Notes under the pieces: model-generated
What the model was told of the DNA's origin: nothing
What the model saw: only the letters and a program-made list of their open reading frames with translations
Databases searched by the model: none
Part shown: one piece after another, positions 59,071 to 64,000 of the stretch
Position numbering within the stretch: position 1 is the first letter of the stretch
Layout of the letters: every line of letters starts with the position of its first letter
Source of the DNA: Eledone cirrhosa
Taxonomy: Eukaryota
Direction: 5' to 3'
DNA: 64,000 bases
NCBI GenBank assembly: GCA_964016885.1
Contig: OZ024741.1
Coordinates: 1,984,001 to 2,048,000 of the forward strand
Translations under genes and position numbers: made by a program

Positions 59071-59122
<52 letters not shown>
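58908..59122. repeat. Compound microsatellite (CA)n-(TA)n-(GA)n-(CA)n-(TA)n
   Basis: Directly visible. Confidence 0.95.
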
Positions 59123-59125
<3 letters not shown>

Positions 59126-59324
59126 AACGAGTAGGTCCCCGACGGCTGAGCTCAAGCCGTTTCGACGGCTAATTCTGGACATTTTAGTTCAGAATTAGCC
59201 GTCGAAACGGCTTGAGCTCAGCCGTCGGGGTCCTACTCGTTCCTATTACCCACTCTACTACCCTAAGTATTGAGTACTTTGGTGCGTTATGGTCCATCTG
59301 GTTCCTTACCACATTTCCTTCGTT
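59121..59324 (+). mobile_element. Fold-back element A, copy 1: 57-bp inverted arms (59121-59177 / 59190-59246) plus a ~78-bp tail, between (TA)n tracts; probable truncated Penelope-like terminus
   Basis: The arms are reverse-complementary with 1 mismatch and a 12-nt loop. A second copy lies at 61097-61286. It contains GAAAC-GGCT...AGCC-GTC, resembling hammerhead stem III. The Penelope assignment is inference. Confidence 0.7.
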
Positions 59325-59444
59325 ATATATATATATATATTAGGGTAAACATTGATGCAATTCAATTCAAAAACTCAACGTACTTTTTCCACATAGGAGT
59401 GACGGAGTAAATATCGAATAAGGAAAAGCGAAGTAGTTTCAGAT

Positions 59445-59756
59445 GCGAATTTCGTTGAAATCTGCGGTAGCTAATGGTCAACTTCCTTCGGACATGCGCA
59501 CGCGCAGACCGGTGGGGGGTGAATTGGTACTCACAGGGGAACGGGTGATAAACCCAAAAGCACGCATTTCATCCGTTCCCATGTCGATTCAATTTGGATT
59601 GCCTCGGAAACATAACCTTATTATGTAACAAGCTGTCTGATGATGTTACGACACTCGCACACAGAACAGTGTGGCCAGTGTCGCCATTGAAATATATATC
59701 ACAGCATTATTATTAAAGGACTTGAACATCTGAAACTACTTCGCTTTTCCTTATTC
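59445..59756 (+). repeat. Direct repeat copy 1 (pseudo-LTR-like, ~312 bp)
   Basis: Matches 60714-61024 except for one G indel and one T/C substitution. Confidence 0.95.
59632..59705 (+). ncRNA. Putative type I hammerhead ribozyme, copy 1 (predicted cleavage after C59700)
   Basis: Order of elements: stem I GCTGT/ACAGC, CTGATGA (59637-59643), stem II CGACACT/AGTGTCG plus CACAC/GTGTG, GAAA (59689-59692), short palindromic stem III TATATA, ATC cleavage triplet. The base of stem II is non-canonical. Confidence 0.75.
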
Positions 59757-60713
59757 GATATTTACTCCGTCACTCCTATGTGGAAAAAGTACGTTGAGTG
59801 CTTGAATTGAATTGCATCAATATTTACCCTAATAATATAGCTCCAATTAGTTGAGCGCTCTATGATGTAACCGATATGGTGGAGAAGAGGGGAACCAACC
59901 ATGAGCTGACCCGGAAATTCCCTCTACCATGGGGATGGAAACCCCTGAAACTGGACGGATATAATAGTAACTTTCGGCAGGTTAAATACACGGAAACAAA
60001 AAATAAGATAAACCCCTATTTCCCTGCACCAAATCGCATTTGAACAGAAGCCCCCTCAATTCAATCTATACATGGACAGATTGACCATCATATGGATCAT
60101 TTTGCATATATGTACTCTGTGTTTTTGCATTTTTTCTTCTATGTCTGTTTTTCTTTGGTATTGTTCCATGTGATGGAAATTATGACTGTGTACCAGATTG
60201 ACTAATGCCTTAAATGCTGTAGCTTACCCTCCGTTCTAATGTACGGCACTGTCGTTCAATATGTGGATAGAGTAACTGTGACACTAGAACACCTCTCAGA
60301 ACTTCTTACTTAAACATCTCTCTCCACATTATTTACTCACTTCAATCTATATTTTTATACTCACCTCAATCCGAATTCTCACTTGAAAAAAATTTCTAAC
60401 TTTTAATTACTAATTGTTAATTTTTTAATTGTTTAATTTATAATTTCTGATACTTGATTTAGGACTTTAATTTTTATTTCCAACTCTCACTCTTAACTTA
60501 CAATGTAAAATCATGATACTTAGAATTAAGTTTATTTTCCCTTTGAGTTGATGGTCAGTCGTACTGTCCACGCTAGGTGAGAGGTAGTATTATGACCTCT
60601 AAAAACTTATACTCTCCCACCCCCTCTGGCTTTCGACTGACTACCACAGTTGAGATGGGTAGCAGTAAACTATGGTACGGGCCATTGTGGCACTGAGAGG
60701 GTGAACTGACTAA

Positions 60714-61024
60714 GCGAATTTCGTTGAAATCTGCGGTAGCTAATGGTCAACTTCCTTCGGACATGCGCACGCGCAGACCGGTGGGGGTGAATTGGTACTC
60801 ACAGGGGAACGGGTGATAAACCCAAAAGCACGCATTTCATCCGTTCCCATGTCGATTCAATTTGGATTGCCTCGGAAACATAACCTTATTATGTAACAAG
60901 CTGTCTGATGATGTCACGACACTCGCACACAGAACAGTGTGGCCAGTGTCGCCATTGAAATATATATCACAGCATTATTATTAAAGGACTTGAACATCTG
61001 AAACTACTTCGCTTTTCCTTATTC
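60714..61024 (+). repeat. Direct repeat copy 2 (pseudo-LTR-like), ending directly in (TA)n
   Basis: Matches 59445-59756 at an offset of 1268-1269 bp. Confidence 0.95.
60900..60973 (+). ncRNA. Putative type I hammerhead ribozyme, copy 2 (predicted cleavage after C60968)
   Basis: Same motif as copy 1: GCTGT-CTGATGA(60905-60911)-stem II-GAAA(60957-60960)-TATATA-TC-ACAGC. Confidence 0.75.
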
Positions 61025-61033
61025 TATATATAT

Positions 61034-61099
<66 letters not shown>
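61025..61099. repeat. (TA)n microsatellite between elements B and A2
   Basis: Directly visible, with two small interruptions. Confidence 0.95.
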
Positions 61100-61284
61100 G
61101 GAACCAGTAAGACCCCGACGGCTGAGCTCAAGCCGTTTCGACGGCTAATTCTGGAATTAGCCGTCGAAACGGCTTGAGCTCAGCCGTCGGGGTCTTACTG
61201 GTTCCTATTACCCACTCTACTACCCCAAGTATTGAGTACTTTGGTGCGTTATGGTCCACCTGGTTCCTTACCACATTTCCTTCG

Positions 61285-61286
<2 letters not shown>
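61097..61286 (+). mobile_element. Fold-back element A, copy 2: perfect 55-bp inverted arms (61097-61151 / 61154-61208) plus tail, between (TA)n tracts
   Basis: The arms are perfectly complementary around a 2-nt centre (TG). The tail matches copy 1 with two substitutions. Confidence 0.7.

Positions 61287-61329
<43 letters not shown>
61286..61329. repeat. (TA)n microsatellite
   Basis: Directly visible. Confidence 0.95.
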
Positions 61330-61331
<2 letters not shown>

Positions 61332-61601
61332 ACGCTATATATGCATATATTTTCTACTGATAGCTTCAATTGACGTTTTCATATTAGAAACATTATTTCA
61401 ATTATATTCTGATTACTTCTTATTGATATCTTACTAATATTTATGACCGGGTCAGGATTATTAAAATACTGATTTGAATCGAACATATTAGAGCTTAATG
61501 GTTGATTAAACACCTTATAATATTAAGGGTTTAACTATCAACCAATGTCACAGGGTGGCCTTGTTGAAAAGCTGGAGTTTGATTTATTATTATTATTTGT
61601 G

Positions 61602-61665
61602 AAATAAAGTACCAGTAATGCACTGGGTAATTGCTGGCCTTGTGCCTAAAGTAGAAACAATTATT
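61602..61665 (+). mobile_element. Probable internally deleted 3' end of a cephalopod-type SINE
   Basis: AAATAAAGTACCAGT...CACTGGG...TTGCTGGCCTTGTGCCTAAAGTAGAAACAATTATT resembles, from memory, a common octopus SINE tail. Not verified by search. Confidence 0.45.
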
Positions 61666-61671
61666 TGTGAA

Positions 61672-61787
61672 GGCACGTGGCTGAGTGGTTAGAGAATTGA
61701 ATTCGTAATCGTGAGGTTGTGATTTCGATTCCAGGAACGGGCTGTGCGTTATATCCTTGAGCAAGACACTTTATTTCACGTTGCTCC
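61672..61787 (+). mobile_element. tRNA-derived SINE, 5' part (3'-truncated)
   Basis: Pol III A box TGGCTGAGTGG (61678-61688), degenerate B box GATTTCGATTCC (61721-61732), then the CORE-like segment TCCTTGAGCAAGACACTTTA. Confidence 0.75.
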
Positions 61788-61902
61788 TTCTGGATTTGCG
61801 ACCGATAGATATCATTAACAATTGGAAAGACCAATGGAAACATTGTTTTCTCGGTCTGATTTGACGAGCCCCACCCCATCCGAATGAGGTCTGGGATCTT
61901 GT

Positions 61903-61962
61903 CGATCGACTGTCAATTATTATTATTAGTTACTACTAATAATAATAATTGACAGTCGATCG
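61903..61962. repeat. Perfect 28-bp inverted repeat with a 4-nt loop
   Basis: CGATCGACTGTCAATTATTATTATTAGT-tact-ACTAATAATAATAATTGACAGTCGATCG. Confidence 0.95.
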
Positions 61963-62604
61963 CAAGGAACTAGATTTACTCCGTCTAATTTAATGGAAGT
62001 TTTCGTTTGTTATTTTTTGTTTGTCTTTTTTTACCTCATTTTCCCAATGAATGGAAAAACAAGGTTTGTCCTTAGACATATATATTTTATAATTTTGTAA
62101 ATATTGTTTACTCGTCACATATTATGGATTCCTCTACACGGCCCTAATAATTTAAAAAAAGTATTTGGAAAATTTGGTACATAAAAACATAGATTTAAAA
62201 AAAAATGAAAACTAGAAACTGAAAATTACTCAGAGCGGCATGTTTCCGAACAGATATTCACACATTTCCAAACATAACAAAAAATGTAAAGTTTGAAAGT
62301 AAAAGCAACAAAAACGGCAGCAACTGATTGTTTACGAACGTTGCGAGCAAGAAAGATAGATTTAATGTGAGTCAGTTCCCCGACAAAATTAAAGAGAAAT
62401 GTCACCTTTGCTTTCTTTGGTGACCAAAGAAGAACATAGCTCTGTTTTATTGTTTTAAAAGAAGGAAAGGGGATTCCATATGCCCTCACAGAAGCAATTA
62501 TAGGATACTCTACTCGATGTGTATCACGATAAATAATCCATCGAAGAGGATATGGCGTATATGACGATGCAACTCCTGACCAACACCAAAGACAAGAAAC
62601 TTAC

Positions 62605-62711
62605 CATGGTTGTGTAGCTCTTAATAAATGCAGAAAGGAAGATCTTCAGAATTATGATACGGAGCAGAAAAGCCGAGTCGTTATATTTATTATCCACCAG
62701 AGTATTGTCGT
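62605..62711 (-). other. Candidate 107-bp spliceosomal exon of an unidentified minus-strand gene, ending in ATG
   Basis: On the minus strand: TTTCTCCATTACCTTCATTCCGCTTCTTCTTCTATCAG|ACGAC...ACAACCATG|GTAAGT. The frame ending in this ATG has no stop codon. Confidence 0.45.
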
Positions 62712-62912
62712 CTGATAGAAGAAGAAGCGGAATGAAGGTAATGGAGAAATTTATTCTCAGACATCAGACCTGACCGGACTTCCTGCTATAGACTTCCACA
62801 ATAAGCATAGGTGGAGCTATTCAACTGAATGACGTATTAAATCAACAATCTAAGATCAGGTAGTTCTTCAAATGAGAACCCAAAACTTTCACTCTCAAAG
62901 CTTTGACCGAAC

Positions 62913-62983
62913 AGTGCAACGGAATTAAACTTCAAACCACATATTTGCGAAACAGACGTCTTGACCCCACAACTTTCCCTGCT
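62913..62983 (-). mobile_element. Possible highly degenerate SINE 5' (tRNA-like) remnant
   Basis: Loose resemblance to the reverse complement of a tRNA-derived SINE head. The A and B boxes are poorly conserved. Confidence 0.25.
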
Positions 62984-63378
62984 TATATCGCCTTAGGGAT
63001 ATATTTACATATAATTTTTAAAAAATTGTAAATAATTAAAATGTGACTTTTATTTGTTTTCCGTGATTGATTTGATATTATTTTGTGGGCTTCGATTTTA
63101 TTTATGGAATGTTACTCAAATATTCAGCCTCAGAATTCTTCAGTATCATCGGAGTCCTTAAAGTTTCGTCCCGTTTCAAGAATAAGTTTTGCTTTCGCTA
63201 CCGTTTCTACACACACACACATTCAGATATATATGTTTGTGTGTTTGTATTTGTGTGTATATACACCCATATACATATCTTTCTTTCCACGTATTTCCGA
63301 TATATTTTCTTCGTCTGTCTCACTCTTTCCTTTTCATTCCTTTCCTCTCTGCTCATGTCTAATAAGAACTTTGTCTGC

Positions 63379-63416
<38 letters not shown>
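63379..63416. repeat. (CA)n(TA)n microsatellite
   Basis: Directly visible. Confidence 0.95.
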
Positions 63417-63545
63417 GTGGGGAATTTAGCTCAATTTGTTGACATAGGCACAGAAGCCTCTGTGAAATATCGCCTGCTTTGTTACTGCTCTACAACAGCC
63501 AAAACCACGTGTGGGGAATTAGCTTTGGAGCATATCATCGATTCG

Positions 63546-63548
<3 letters not shown>

Positions 63549-63591
<43 letters not shown>

Positions 63592-63600
63592 CATATATAT

Positions 63601-63691
<91 letters not shown>

Positions 63692-63731
63692 AATATATAT
63701 ATATGTATATATACATGCACACACACACACA
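63549..63731. repeat. Compound (TA)n/(CA)n microsatellite
   Basis: Directly visible. Confidence 0.95.
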
Positions 63732-63739
63732 TAAATAGT

Positions 63740-63774
<35 letters not shown>

Positions 63775-64000
63775 TTCTTTATTTACCATAAAGGCATAAA
63801 AAGAAGGGACAAATACAAAGGGGGAGTTTACATATAATCGAGTAAAAAGGGTGTAACATGAAAATAATCGAAAATAACCTCAAAAGGGAGGGGACGTGAT
63901 GGGGGTTGCACACACCCCCGAAAAAGTGTGCAATCCTTTGCCCGGGGAGCACATGGAGAAGGTGCTCCCCTCTCCTTTACTTCTTTACCTACAGGATGGT
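63740..64000 (-). mobile_element. Probable 3' end of a non-LTR retrotransposon (LINE) with a (CTAT)n tail or target, continuing beyond the window
   Basis: The minus strand reads AATAAA (63778-63783) followed within 4 nt by (CTAT)n (63740-63774). Upstream is a pyrimidine-rich UTR-like sequence with two hairpins. No ORF is visible in the window. Confidence 0.45.

Larger units (their letters stand above)
59339..59833. repeat. 107-bp inverted repeat pair (59339-59445 / 59727-59833)
   Basis: ATTAGGGTAAA...TTTCAGATG versus CATCTGAAA...TTTACCCTAAT, with 3 mismatches by eye. Confidence 0.95.
59339..61024 (+). mobile_element. Element B: non-autonomous Penelope-like / retrozyme-like element with two hammerhead-bearing direct repeats and an inverted 5' duplication
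   Basis: Direct repeats at 59445-59756 and 60714-61024, inverted repeats at 59339-59445 and 59727-59833, (TA)n on both sides, and no ORF over 61 aa in the track. Confidence 0.75.

Noticed and set aside
59443-59628. 61-aa ORF in element B
   Set aside because: Its ATG is created by the inversion junction, it is absent and frameshifted in the second repeat copy, and it has no recognisable motif.
61672-61745. Functional tRNA gene
   Set aside because: The B box is degenerate, there is no cloverleaf or acceptor stem, and it continues into SINE body sequence.
62226-62489. Minus-strand ORF starting RAYGIP, reminiscent of a LINE reverse transcriptase segment
   Set aside because: Only a six-residue resemblance, with no flanking RT motifs recognisable. 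A TBLASTN or HMM search would be needed.
58840-63789. YI/CV/TH dipeptide-repeat ORFs
   Set aside because: They are translations of (TA)n and (CA)n microsatellites.

Overview
This is eukaryotic, gene-poor, repeat-dominated DNA. The SINE fragments and dense (TA)n/(CA)n/(GATA)n tracts resemble octopus/cephalopod repeats (from memory, not searched). About 90% of the window is three unrelated tandem satellites: a 32-bp unit (1-23365, with a ~380-bp internal inversion), a 51-bp unit (23745-56091) and a 21-bp unit (56292-58226). The 32-bp and 51-bp arrays carry kb-scale higher-order duplications, and nearly all ORFs in the track are by-products of these repeats. The most interesting part is 59.1-61.3 kb, a cluster of non-coding elements inserted in a (TA)n tract. 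The central 1.7-kb element has two ~312-bp direct repeats, each with a type I hammerhead ribozyme motif (predicted cleavage sites 1268 nt apart), and a 107-bp inverted 5' duplication. This is a Penelope-like or retrozyme-like architecture with no ORF. It is flanked by two copies of a fold-back element that looks like the 3' half of a different hammerhead and shows arm-symmetric substitutions between copies. A candidate minus-strand exon ending in ATG|GTAAGT (62605-62711), SINE fragments, a perfect 28-bp hairpin and a probable LINE 3' end complete the window. No protein-coding gene can be called with confidence.
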